Source: Berkelbacteria bacterium GW2011_GWE1_39_12 (lineage in GTDB: Bacteria > Patescibacteriota > UBA1384 > UBA12157). From it: 64,000 nt of DNA. Location of the stretch: contig CP011213.1 of NCBI GenBank assembly GCA_001029735.1, positions 76,087-140,086 on the forward strand, given 5' to 3'. This document shows, piece by piece, positions 18,467-28,761 of the stretch. Under the pieces are notes generated by a model. The model was not told the origin of the DNA and made no database searches. It saw only the letters and a list, made by a program, of their open reading frames with translations. How positions within the stretch are numbered: the stretch's first letter is position 1; every line of letters starts with the position of its first letter. Both the position numbers and the translations under genes were made by a program.

Positions 18467-20038
18467 CTACATCTTTTCTGGCGCGGAAATTCCAATAAGA
18501 TCTAAGGTATTTTTGAGAACTATTTTAGTAGCGAGTAATAATTGTACTCTTGCTGCTGAAACCTTTGGGTCTTCAGCCTTAATGACCGGACAGTTTTCAT
18601 AAAAGTGATGAAAACTTTCTGCGAGTTTTATGGCATAAAAAGTCAATTTCTGGATTTGCATATCAGCGACAATTTCATTAACTAATTCAGGCAGTTTTAT
18701 TAATTCTTTAATTAATTCTAATTCTTCCTTTTCCTTTAATTCAGCCAGATCTTGAGCTAAATCACCGTCGATTTTATTTAAGATTGAGGAAATTCTAGCA
18801 TAAGCGTATTGGATGTAAAAACAAGGATTTTTTTGAGATTTTTCTTTGGCCAAGTCTAAATCGAAGTCCATATGCGTATCAAGTGAGCGGTCTAAAAAGA
18901 AAAATCTGGTCACATCAGGACCGACTTCTTCAAGCAATTCATCGAGCGTGACATATGTTCCAGCTCTCTTACTCATTTTAACTTCTTTGCCGTCGCTCAT
19001 TAACCGAACAAGTTGAGCGATAACAATTTGCAATTCGCCATTCCAATCTTCTTCCTTACGAAGAATTTCCACAGCCGCCTGCATACGCCCAACGTAGCCA
19101 TGATGGTCGGCGCCCCAAAAGTTGATCAACAAATCGTATCCTCGGCGTATTTTATCGAAATGGTAAGCGATATCCGCCGCAAAGTAAGTGTGTTCGCCTT
19201 CCTTGGTAACAAGAACACGATCTTTGTCGTCGCCATAATCAGAGGTCTTAAGCCACAAGGCGCCGTCTTTTTCATATGTTAGTCTTAGCTCACCTAATCG
19301 TTCCAACATGGCGAATACCGTACCGTTATCAAATAAAGATTTTTCGCTGAAAAAATGATCAAAGTCAATACCCATTTTCTTAACCGTTTTTTTAATATAT
19401 TCTTCGGTTAAAATTGCCGCAGCTTGAAAGCCAGCTTCGGTCGGCGTTTTGGCGGTAATTCTTGGCGCAATTTCATCGATATACGAACCTTTATAGACCG
19501 CTTCGTCATCTTTTAGAACAGAGTGACCCAAGGCAATGATCTGTGCCCCTCTATCATTAATATAATATTCACGCGTTACCTTTGAGCCATAAGCTTCAAA
19601 AACTCTAGCTAAAGTATCACCAAAAAAACCGCCTCGGCCGTTACCAAGTGTCAGCGGACCAGTAGGATTGGCGGAAATAAATTCAACATTAACTTTTAAA
19701 TCTTTTCCGAGATCACTCTTGCCAAAGTTATCCCCCGCTTTGATTATTTCCAAAATTTTTGAGTTCAAAAACGAAACTTGTATTCTAAAATTAATAAACC
19801 CCGGACCGGCGACTTCCATTGTTTCAATTAATCCGTCTTGACCAATATTATCAATTAATTTTTTTGCGACTTCTAAAGGATTATCCCCTATTTGTTTGGC
19901 AAGAATCATTGCAGCATTAGTCGAATAATCACCGAATTTAGAATCAGCATCATCAATACTAAAGCCTGGCATTTCGGCCTTTGAAAAAGATATCTTAATT
20001 GCGTCTTGAATTTGTTTTTTCAACATTTGTTTAAGCAT
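18467..20038 (-). CDS. argS: Arginine--tRNA ligase
   Basis: EFISANPTGP, WGADHHGY, KMSKRAG, YIQYAYAR, SAPEKM. Confidence 0.97.
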   Translation of the reverse strand: MLKQMLKKQIQDAIKISFSKAEMPGFSIDDADSKFGDYSTNAAMILAKQIGDNPLEVAKKLIDNIGQDGLIETMEVAGPGFINFRIQVSFLNSKILEIIKAGDNFGKSDLGKDLKVNVEFISANPTGPLTLGNGRGGFFGDTLARVFEAYGSKVTREYYINDRGAQIIALGHSVLKDDEAVYKGSYIDEIAPRITAKTPTEAGFQAAAILTEEYIKKTVKKMGIDFDHFFSEKSLFDNGTVFAMLERLGELRLTYEKDGALWLKTSDYGDDKDRVLVTKEGEHTYFAADIAYHFDKIRRGYDLLINFWGADHHGYVGRMQAAVEILRKEEDWNGELQIVIAQLVRLMSDGKEVKMSKRAGTYVTLDELLEEVGPDVTRFFFLDRSLDTHMDFDLDLAKEKSQKNPCFYIQYAYARISSILNKIDGDLAQDLAELKEKEELELIKELIKLPELVNEIVADMQIQKLTFYAIKLAESFHHFYENCPVIKAEDPKVSAARVQLLLATKIVLKNTLDLIGISAPEKM

Positions 20039-20133
20039 CGGTATTTCTCCTATTCTACTTCTATATTACCCTAAAAAATGCCTAAAAGTAAAGACAGGTA
20101 GAAATTTGCTTTTTGACATGATAAAATGTAAAT

Positions 20134-22941
20134 ATGTTAAATTTTAAAAAAATGTTATCGAAATTAAACCCAATCAAAAAAAGATCTTTTATTAATTTTC
20201 CAAAGAGAAAAAAATTTTCTTGGAAAAAATTTAGATTCTATGGCGTTAGAGTCTTAATCGCTTTTGTTGCTTTGATTGTCTTACTATTCGCCTGGTACGC
20301 GAAGGATCTGCCAACGCCAGGTAAAATTAAGAATTACCAAGCTGCTGCCTCAACCCAGCTTTTTGATCGCAATAACAAACCGATCTACGCGCTCCATGGC
20401 GATATCCAGAGAGATTTAATTGAATCGAATGATATACCCGAAACAATCAAGCAGGCAACTGTTGCGACTGAAGACAAAAGCTTCTACAAGAACCATGGAA
20501 TTGAATTCAAAGCAATTTTAAGAGCTGCTTATGGTGTAATTACCGGCGTTAATAAAGGGGGCGGCTCGACTATTACCCAACAATTTGTAAAAAACGCCCT
20601 GCTGGACCCTCAAAGATCTTATACTCGTAAAATCAAGGAGCTTATACTATCAATCGAAATCGAAATGATGTATAACAAAGATCAAATTTTGACTATGTAT
20701 CTTAACGAAATTCCATATGGAAACAATGCTTACGGCGTACAAGCAGCTTCCAAGGTCTATTTCAACAAGGATGCGAAGGACCTAACTTTGGCTGAATCGG
20801 CAACCTTGGCTGCTTTACCACAACGACCGACCTATTTTTCACCATATGGCACCCATCCTGACGCCAGAATAAACAGAGTTAATTTTGTCTTAGATTCTAT
20901 GGTTTCAATGAAATACATCGACAAGGACCAGGCAGGCAAAGCAAAAGAAGAAGCCAAAAACATGAAATTCGCCCAACCAAAAGAATACATCGTTGCTCCG
21001 CATTTTGTTCAATATGTGAAAGACCAATTGGTAACAAAATACGGGGAACAAATGGTCAACGAGGGCGGTCTTCAAGTAACAACTACTTTAGATTTGGATA
21101 AGCAGGTTTTGGCAGAAAAAGCCGTACAGGATGCGGCCGGCAAAAGATTTAATAATATTAATGCATCTAATGCCGCATTAGTTTCAATTGACCCAAAAAC
21201 CGGTCAAATCATAGCCATGGTAGGGTCTGCCGATTACTTTAATGATGACATCGATGGTCAAGTTAACGTTGCCGATTCACTCAGACAGCCAGGCTCGTCG
21301 TTCAAACCAATTGTCTATGCAACAGCTTTCAAAGATAAATATAACCCAGCCTTTACACTTTGGGATGTAACAACCGATTTTGGCGGCGGATACACTCCTA
21401 AAAACTACGACGGAAACACACATGGCCCTGTCAGTATGAGGACAGCGCTTTCTAACTCTTTAAACATTCCGGCCGTTAAGACCTTGTACTTGGCCGGTAT
21501 TGATAAATCATTGGAAACCGCCCATGAAATGGGCATAACTTCACTAAAGGGTAATGCCGATCAGTACGGATTGTCTCTCGTTCTAGGTTCTGGTGAAGTA
21601 AAACTTAGTGAGCTAACTTCGGCCTACGGCACTTTTGGGAATAATGGGACACACGCTCCAATGACTCCAATTTTGAAGGTTGTCGATGCAAAAGGAAAAA
21701 CTGTCGATGAGTTTAAAGACGGCAAAGGAAAAGAAGTACTCGACCCTCAGATCGCCTATGAAATTTCCTCAATATTATCTGACAACGATGCCAGATCAAT
21801 GGTTTTTGGCTCCCGTTCAACCTTGTATATTCCAGACAGACCTGATGTTGCCGTTAAAACCGGGACGACTTCTTTATATAAAGATGCTTGGACTATCGGC
21901 TACACTCCATCAGTTGTTACTGGCGTTTGGGTTGGAAATAACGACAATAAACCTATGACAGCCGGTGCTGCCGGTGCTATGGCTGCTGCTCCAATATGGC
22001 GTCAATACATGCAATCCGTCTTAGGCGACAATGAATCATTTACAAAACCTGACGGCATTCAAAATATAACAGTGGATAAACTTTCAAACAAATTACCAAC
22101 CAGTAATTCGCCAGAGACTATCAGTGATATATTCTCCACATGGCAAGCGCCAAAGAAGGAAGATGATATCCATGTTACTATTAAAATTGATAAATTTACC
22201 GGTAAACGGGCCACTGATGATTGCCCGAATCAATTTACGGAAGAGAGAACTTATACTGATTTGCACAGCGAAGTACCAAATAATTCCAACTGGGAAGGGC
22301 CTGTACGAGCCGCGGCTGAAAGATTTGGTATAAATATTAGTTATGCGCCAGAGGAAAAAAGCTGTATGGGCCTTTCTGGCAAGCCAACCATATCATTTGT
22401 TAGTCCAATTAATAATGCCACCACCGATGGAAAGTTCACAATTAGTGTTTCAGCAAATTCGGCCGCAGGTATAAAAAAAGTTGACTTTGCAATAGATGGC
22501 GTTTTTATTGGCACTGTTGCACAAGCGCCTTACAGTATTAGCTCGCCAGGTTTGAGCTCCGGTAAACACAATATTACTGCCACCGCCACAACTACAACAG
22601 ACTTAAGCGAATCCGCTAAAATAAATATTACGGTGAAAAAAAGCATTTCTGTCCCAGATAGTCCGACCTTCAATTCTGTCTCCGGCGGTGTTGAGAGCGC
22701 CACAATTTCTTGGACCAATGCAAGTAGCTCTGCTCTAACTAGTGTAAGAATATATGCCTCAGAAACACAGGGTCAGCTCGGAATTGTTGTTGCAACAGTA
22801 GACGCTAATCCTTCTCAAAGCCAATCAACCACAGTAAATGATTTGGATTCAGGCCAAATATACTGGTTTACGCTTAAATCAGTTGATAGTTCTGGACATG
22901 AGAGTACAAACAATACTCAGCACTCTGCGCTAATTCTTTAG
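20134..22941 (+). CDS. Class A penicillin-binding protein (PBP1A family) with C-terminal Ig-like and Fn3 domains
   Basis: EDKSFY.NHG, GGSTITQQ, RKIKE, SSFK, SLN, KTG motifs. Confidence 0.95.
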   Translation: MLNFKKMLSKLNPIKKRSFINFPKRKKFSWKKFRFYGVRVLIAFVALIVLLFAWYAKDLPTPGKIKNYQAAASTQLFDRNNKPIYALHGDIQRDLIESNDIPETIKQATVATEDKSFYKNHGIEFKAILRAAYGVITGVNKGGGSTITQQFVKNALLDPQRSYTRKIKELILSIEIEMMYNKDQILTMYLNEIPYGNNAYGVQAASKVYFNKDAKDLTLAESATLAALPQRPTYFSPYGTHPDARINRVNFVLDSMVSMKYIDKDQAGKAKEEAKNMKFAQPKEYIVAPHFVQYVKDQLVTKYGEQMVNEGGLQVTTTLDLDKQVLAEKAVQDAAGKRFNNINASNAALVSIDPKTGQIIAMVGSADYFNDDIDGQVNVADSLRQPGSSFKPIVYATAFKDKYNPAFTLWDVTTDFGGGYTPKNYDGNTHGPVSMRTALSNSLNIPAVKTLYLAGIDKSLETAHEMGITSLKGNADQYGLSLVLGSGEVKLSELTSAYGTFGNNGTHAPMTPILKVVDAKGKTVDEFKDGKGKEVLDPQIAYEISSILSDNDARSMVFGSRSTLYIPDRPDVAVKTGTTSLYKDAWTIGYTPSVVTGVWVGNNDNKPMTAGAAGAMAAAPIWRQYMQSVLGDNESFTKPDGIQNITVDKLSNKLPTSNSPETISDIFSTWQAPKKEDDIHVTIKIDKFTGKRATDDCPNQFTEERTYTDLHSEVPNNSNWEGPVRAAAERFGINISYAPEEKSCMGLSGKPTISFVSPINNATTDGKFTISVSANSAAGIKKVDFAIDGVFIGTVAQAPYSISSPGLSSGKHNITATATTTTDLSESAKINITVKKSISVPDSPTFNSVSGGVESATISWTNASSSALTSVRIYASETQGQLGIVVATVDANPSQSQSTTVNDLDSGQIYWFTLKSVDSSGHESTNNTQHSALIL

Positions 22942-22948
22942 AGATTTT

Positions 22949-23917
22949 TTATTTATGAATTGTCCTGTAACCTTTTGTCGGTTTTTTTGGTTGAACAAAA
23001 ATCATTTTTCCAGCTACTGTTTGGAAAATTCTCACCACTTCTGTATCAACTTCTTTGCCGATAAACTTATCACCACCTTCAACCACAATCATTGTGCCAT
23101 CAGCAAGATATCCGACCCCCTGATTTGACTCTTTTCCCTCTTGGATGACTTTAACAACAATGTTTTCTCCTGGTATTAACATGGGTTTTATCGCCTCGGA
23201 AAGTTCATTTATATTTAAAACTTTAACATTTTGTATTTTAGCAACACGGTTTAAATTGTAATCTACAGTCAAGATTTTTGCATCATGCGCTTTAGCAATT
23301 TTTATAAGCCTTGAATCAACTGCATCCCTACCATGCGTCATTTCGTCGATAATACTGATATCTACTTCTTGATCGTGCTGTAAGTGATCTAGGACTTCCA
23401 ATCCTTTTCGACCCTTTGCTCTCTTCAGTGGGTCCTCTGAGTCAGCCACTGCTTGAAGTTCATTTAAAATAAATTGAGGAACAACCATCGCAGCTAAGAT
23501 AAATCCAGCTCGTGCGATCTCTTCTATCCTTCCGTCAATTAAGATAGAAGTGTCTAACATTATTTCTTCTTTTTGTAAGTTTTTATCTTCTTTTTCCCAG
23601 CCTATTTTGCTCAATAATTTATGGATAAAAAGAGTTACAGATTTTGCCTGAGCGAGAAATAAGTCCAAAACAGCAACAGTTATAAAAACATTCACAATGA
23701 TTGGGAGCCACCTTCCATAATCTCCTGGTAATTTAGATAACGTCTGGGCAGCAAGCGAGCCGATAGCTAACCCTACAATTAAACCCAAAATTCCGAGGAA
23801 GAAATATGGAAAAGAAACTCGTAGTAATTTGCGGGTAATAAATAAAACACCAATTGAGAAAATTAATATAATGATGAAAAATAATAAATCTTGCTGACTT
23901 TGAGGAATATTAAACAT
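22949..23917 (-). CDS. PIN/TRAM domain membrane protein (YacL-like)
   Basis: LDTSILIDGRI, TVDYNL, QGVGYLADGTMIVVE, QTVAGKMIF; follows radA. Confidence 0.93.
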   Translation of the reverse strand: MFNIPQSQQDLLFFIIILIFSIGVLFITRKLLRVSFPYFFLGILGLIVGLAIGSLAAQTLSKLPGDYGRWLPIIVNVFITVAVLDLFLAQAKSVTLFIHKLLSKIGWEKEDKNLQKEEIMLDTSILIDGRIEEIARAGFILAAMVVPQFILNELQAVADSEDPLKRAKGRKGLEVLDHLQHDQEVDISIIDEMTHGRDAVDSRLIKIAKAHDAKILTVDYNLNRVAKIQNVKVLNINELSEAIKPMLIPGENIVVKVIQEGKESNQGVGYLADGTMIVVEGGDKFIGKEVDTEVVRIFQTVAGKMIFVQPKKPTKGYRTIHK

Positions 23918-25205
23918 TAAAAGCTTCCTTTAATACTTTGGAAATTAATTTGTTTTGAATTGTTTGCTTATAACCTAATCTTTTTGCTTCGCTCAGTCTT
24001 TTGCTTTCAAAATTCACAGGTCTTACTTCCCCTCCTAGCCCAAGCTCGCCAAAGAAAACAGTATTCTTTTCAACATTTTTATTTTTGTACGCCGAAGCAA
24101 TTGCGATTGCGACAGCCAAATCGGCTGCAGGTTCTTTTAAGCGGAAACCGCCAGCGACATTTAAATACACATCAGTGGAATTCAAATTCAAACCACCGCG
24201 ATTCACTAAAATTGCAACGATTAATTGTAAGCGGTTTAGATCAAATCCAGAAGCGGTTCTTTTTGGATAACCAAAGCTACTCTCCGAAACCAGAGCTTGA
24301 ATTTCTACTAACAAAGGACGCGTTCCTTCAACGGTAACCGTTATCACAGAGCCTGGCAAGTTCGCGCTCTCCTCTGCAAGAAAAACTTTTGAAGGATTTG
24401 ATACTTCTTTTAGGCCAAGACCGGTAATTTCAAAAATACCAATCTCATCTGTAGCGCCAAATCGATTCTTAGTTGTTCTAAGAATTCTTAAATCATGGAA
24501 CCGTTCGCCTTCGAGGTATAAAACAACATCAACCATATGCTCTAGTGTTTTTGGCCCTGCCACAGTCCCATCTTTCGTGACATGACCGACCAAAACAACT
24601 GGCACATGGTTTTCTTTAGCATATTTTTGTAAACGCAATGCTGTTTCGCGAACTTGGACTATGCTCCCTGCCGTCGAGGGAAAATTTTCAGAATACATTG
24701 TTTGCACTGAATCTATAATAACCAATGATGGTTTCTGCTTTAACAAAGTTGAAATAATTGAGTCAACATCTGTTTCTGCGATAAAATTTATTTCCTTAGA
24801 CCCGAGCTTTAATCGATCAGCGCGCATTTTAATTTGTTCGGCAGATTCTTCACCCGAAACATAAAAAGTGCCAGACATTTTTTCTGCGAGCTGAAGAAGC
24901 AGTGTTGATTTTCCTATACCAGGTTCACCACCCAATAAAATCAAAGAGCCTGGCACTAAACCTCCGCCTAATACGCGATCGACCTCAATAAAAGAGGTAG
25001 ATATCCGCTGAAAATTTTCTGATTTAACTTCCGAAAGTTTTACAACTTCTAAATCTTCTAGTGGTTTTGTTTTTTGTCGTTGGGTTTTGAATTCTTTAAG
25101 TGTATTCCATGCACCGCAGTTCGGGCACTTGCCTTGCCATTTGGCAAATTCGTCACCGCAATCATCACAGACGAAAATAATTTGGGAAGTTTGTTTGTTT
25201 GACAT
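23910..25205 (-). CDS. radA: DNA repair protein RadA/Sms
   Basis: C4 zinc finger, GEPGIGKST, KNRFG. Confidence 0.97.
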   Translation of the reverse strand: MSNKQTSQIIFVCDDCGDEFAKWQGKCPNCGAWNTLKEFKTQRQKTKPLEDLEVVKLSEVKSENFQRISTSFIEVDRVLGGGLVPGSLILLGGEPGIGKSTLLLQLAEKMSGTFYVSGEESAEQIKMRADRLKLGSKEINFIAETDVDSIISTLLKQKPSLVIIDSVQTMYSENFPSTAGSIVQVRETALRLQKYAKENHVPVVLVGHVTKDGTVAGPKTLEHMVDVVLYLEGERFHDLRILRTTKNRFGATDEIGIFEITGLGLKEVSNPSKVFLAEESANLPGSVITVTVEGTRPLLVEIQALVSESSFGYPKRTASGFDLNRLQLIVAILVNRGGLNLNSTDVYLNVAGGFRLKEPAADLAVAIAIASAYKNKNVEKNTVFFGELGLGGEVRPVNFESKRLSEAKRLGYKQTIQNKLISKVLKEAFNV

Positions 25206-25257
25206 AGCTAAAGTATATCACAAAATGACCCAATATTTTTTGAGAATTAAATCTAAA

Positions 25258-26916
25258 TTAGTATTTAATATCAACTATTTTTAATTGCAAATTAGTTCGA
25301 CCGTTCCAGACATTCTCATCGATTGAGAAAGCAAGATCAATCTTTTTATCGGTAAGACTTTTTAATAGATAACCCAAACCAAAACCAATGCAATCAATAT
25401 TATCGACTTTAAACTTCAAATGTTTGTTTTCCTGACCGATTGTTTTTAAATTAGTAACTTTTATATTTTCCATCGTAAATACAGGCCTAGGATTACCAAG
25501 GCCAAATGGCTCTAATTGCTGAATTTTCTTAAAAATATCTAATGATATTTCCTCAGGCTTTATTAGTGCATCGATTTTTATTCTTGGGATTAAATCACTT
25601 TCCTTTAATCTATTTTCGGCCATTGCAATCATTCGATCATAAAAGGCATCAATTTGACTATTGGCAATAGTAAGACCAGCCGCCTTTGTGTGGCCACCAT
25701 AATTTTCTAAAATATCTTTTGTTTCCTCTAGTGCCGAAACCAGATCAAAACCATCAATCGAACGTCCTGATCCTTTGCTAAATTCCTCGCCTTCCTCAAA
25801 AATAAAACATGGTCGGGAAAATTCTTCAGTGATTCGGCCTGCAACTAGTCCCACTAAACCGCTTGGCCAATTCTTATTGGAAATACAAATTACTTTATTT
25901 TTACTGAGATTACCTTTTTCAATAGCTGATTGTGCCTCTTTTATCACACGGTCGAGTTCTTCTTGACGCGCAATGTTTATATCGTTTAACTCTTTAGCTA
26001 ATTCTTCCGCTTTTTTCTCATTTTTTTCTCGAAGCAAGTTATAGCTTTCATTGGCCTTGTCCATTCGACCAGGTGCGTTAAGCCTTGGCCCAATTTGAAA
26101 ACCAACTGTATAGGTATCGATAGTTGCTTTGTCGATCGCCGCAATATTATAAAGCTTCTGCAGCCCTAAATTTTTTGTTTTTCTTAAAACAACTAAACCA
26201 AACTTTGCGAAAATTCTGTTTTCATCGACTAGGGGAACCACGTCACATATCGTTGTAATGCAAATCAAATCAAACATCCATTTAAGATCCGACTCCGTCA
26301 ACTTTCCCGTTTTCTGCCCTAATGCTTGGAGGAGCTTAAAGGCTACTCCCCCGCCGGATAATTCTCTAAATGGATACTTTGATGTTTTAATTTTAGGGTC
26401 GATAACAGCTAAAGCTTCTGGTAATTCTGGCCCTTGTTCGTGATGATCCGTAATTATTAAATCGATACCAAGTTTTTTAACGACTTTAGCATTTTTTAAT
26501 TCACGGATGCCTAAATCAGTGGTTATAATTAAACTGACTTTATTTTCTTTAAAATAATCTATCCCCCTTTTATTTAGGCCATATCCTTCCTTACGAACAG
26601 GGATATAAACAAGACATGAACAATTAAATTTTTCTTCCAAAACTGAACACAAAAGCGCTGAAGACGGGACACCATCCGCATCGTAATCGCCAAAAATTCC
26701 TATTGTTTCTTTTTGATCAGTAGCTTTTATAATGCGTTCAACGGCTTTGTCCATATCTGGCAATAAAAAGGGGTCGTGTAAACCAGCCGCGAAATCAGGA
26801 TTAATAAATTTATCAAAATCTTCTCTTTTGATCTTTCTATTTAAAAGAAGTTGTTCAATCAAATCGTCGGAGTATTTTTTTTCTACAATCCAATTTTTTA
26901 AGCAATTATTCTTCAT
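25258..26916 (-). CDS. recJ: ssDNA exonuclease RecJ
   Basis: [33 protein letters not shown]. Confidence 0.97.
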   Translation of the reverse strand: MKNNCLKNWIVEKKYSDDLIEQLLLNRKIKREDFDKFINPDFAAGLHDPFLLPDMDKAVERIIKATDQKETIGIFGDYDADGVPSSALLCSVLEEKFNCSCLVYIPVRKEGYGLNKRGIDYFKENKVSLIITTDLGIRELKNAKVVKKLGIDLIITDHHEQGPELPEALAVIDPKIKTSKYPFRELSGGGVAFKLLQALGQKTGKLTESDLKWMFDLICITTICDVVPLVDENRIFAKFGLVVLRKTKNLGLQKLYNIAAIDKATIDTYTVGFQIGPRLNAPGRMDKANESYNLLREKNEKKAEELAKELNDINIARQEELDRVIKEAQSAIEKGNLSKNKVICISNKNWPSGLVGLVAGRITEEFSRPCFIFEEGEEFSKGSGRSIDGFDLVSALEETKDILENYGGHTKAAGLTIANSQIDAFYDRMIAMAENRLKESDLIPRIKIDALIKPEEISLDIFKKIQQLEPFGLGNPRPVFTMENIKVTNLKTIGQENKHLKFKVDNIDCIGFGLGYLLKSLTDKKIDLAFSIDENVWNGRTNLQLKIVDIKY

Positions 26917-26974
26917 TGGTAATAAACTCTGCTATTTACCGCAGAGTATCCCTGCGGGGCGAGTTTGTTATCGC

Positions 26975-27745
26975 CTACTGATAATAGACCTTGCCCTCAA
27001 CTCGCACATCCATATATTGAGTAATTTCATTCTTTTTTTCTTCATAAACCTTTTGTGCGGCATCAATTTGATCGGTAATTGATTTGGTCGTATCAAAAAA
27101 TATTTTAATATTTTTGTCCGTTGCAGCGTCAACCTGAAAAGTAGTTTCATTAACTTCAAATTTGGTAATCGCGAGATTTAATTTACCAATCTTCATTTTT
27201 GCGTTTTTAAGAAAATCAATAAAATTACTATTTACGATTCGAGACGGCAGGCTGACTGGTACGTTTTTATTATCAGTTACTAATATTAAATCAGGCGAAG
27301 CATTATCCGTTTCTTTAAAGGCTATTGCACTTTCATCTACTAAGTAATTTTTCCCGTTTGATTGCCAAACTAGCACAGGTTGTCTCTCATTAAATTTTAT
27401 TCTTAGAGTGCTTGGTATGCCCAAGGTTACTTCAACAGATGAAAATTGCGAATTTTTTTCCAGCAAATATTCCTCGATATCTTTTGCGCTTACACTGAAA
27501 ATATTTTTGCTTTTGTATTGTTCGATATACGCTATAGATTCATCAGAAGGATTACCCATTAAATCAAAATTTTTTATCTTAAATAAGGGTGAGAACAAAA
27601 TAATATAAAGAAGAACAAGAACGATTATAAAAACAAAAATCCCCAGCTTTAAAAATTTCGGCATAGGTTTTTTCTCTAAATCCCTGGGCGCCGTATATAT
27701 TTTTGGCTGTCGTAAAATACCTTTTTGCTTTTTTTTAGAAAACAT
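26975..27745 (-). CDS. ftsQ: Cell division protein FtsQ/DivIB (frame extends to 27781)
   Basis: TM plus POTRA-like region, C-terminal YMDVR; follows murB. Confidence 0.8.
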   Translation of the reverse strand: MFSKKKQKGILRQPKIYTAPRDLEKKPMPKFLKLGIFVFIIVLVLLYIILFSPLFKIKNFDLMGNPSDESIAYIEQYKSKNIFSVSAKDIEEYLLEKNSQFSSVEVTLGIPSTLRIKFNERQPVLVWQSNGKNYLVDESAIAFKETDNASPDLILVTDNKNVPVSLPSRIVNSNFIDFLKNAKMKIGKLNLAITKFEVNETTFQVDAATDKNIKIFFDTTKSITDQIDAAQKVYEEKKNEITQYMDVRVEGKVYYQ

Positions 27746-27774
27746 CCCTTCCTTTACTAAATTATGAGTCGGAT

Positions 27775-28761
27775 TTACCACTGACCAACATATTCAACTT
27801 CTTCGTTTAAATTAACGTTATATTTTTTCTGAACTACATCTCTCATTTGTTCCGCAAGCTGTCTTACTTCTTGAGCTTTTGCATTACCAGAATTAACTAT
27901 AAAATTAGCATGCTTACTAGAAACTCTTACATTCCCATTTTTCAATTTTTTAGCGCCAGCATGATCAAGCATATAACCAGCAGTACGTTCCTTTGGAAAT
28001 TCCGGCATATTTTTACTTCCGCGACCAGAAACATTCACAAGAGTTTCGGGAAGTGGATTTTTAAATATACAACCCGCACTCATGCCAACAGGCTGAGTAT
28101 CCCATCTTGTTTTTTTGACACTATTAAGGCGCCGCATAATTTCTTCTTGTCTATTTTGCGCTAATTGAATTTTTAAAGTTAAAACAACCGGTTTCTTTAA
28201 ACCTGGAATTTTTTTGAGCTTGCTGGATCTATAAGAAAATTCAAACCATTTATTGTCAACCTGAATGATTTGAGGCTCTTCGTTTTCTTCGCCAGGAATT
28301 AAGATGGTAGCGTTTTTAACAAAATCGCCGATACTTTGACCATGTGCCCCAGCATTACCGTAAACCGCACCACCGACCGTGCCAGGAATTCCGTATAAAA
28401 ATTCTAGACCAGACAAATTGTTCGAAGTAGCTTCTAAAATAAGTTTCGACATTGGTACGCCGCCATCTACAATCACCTGGCTTTTTTCATTCATAAAAGA
28501 TATATTTTTAGCATTATTCTTGACGACTAAGCCGGGAAAACCATAATCAGAGAAAATGACGTTCGATCCCCCGCCTAAAATAAAGTAAGGTAAGCATATT
28601 TTTTTAGCAGCTTTAACAGCATTTACAATATCATCAATACTATTAGCTTCGTAATAAAAATCCGCAACACCACCAACTTGTATCGTAGTATGATCTCGCA
28701 TTAATTCGTGTTCGCGAAAACCTGGTTTTAAAATCTCTGCCAATAACTTTGCTTTATTCAA
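27775..28761 (-). CDS. murB: UDP-N-acetylmuramate dehydrogenase
   Basis: GGGSN, GIPGTVGGAVYGNAGA, SAGCIFKNP, KHANF. Confidence 0.96.
   Translation of the reverse strand: MNKAKLLAEILKPGFREHELMRDHTTIQVGGVADFYYEANSIDDIVNAVKAAKKICLPYFILGGGSNVIFSDYGFPGLVVKNNAKNISFMNEKSQVIVDGGVPMSKLILEATSNNLSGLEFLYGIPGTVGGAVYGNAGAHGQSIGDFVKNATILIPGEENEEPQIIQVDNKWFEFSYRSSKLKKIPGLKKPVVLTLKIQLAQNRQEEIMRRLNSVKKTRWDTQPVGMSAGCIFKNPLPETLVNVSGRGSKNMPEFPKERTAGYMLDHAGAKKLKNGNVRVSSKHANFIVNSGNAKAQEVRQLAEQMRDVVQKKYNVNLNEEVEYVGQW

Noticed and set aside
18481-18492. GCGGAAATT inside argS
   Set aside because: Within conserved ISAPEKM codons, antisense to the gene, no hairpin
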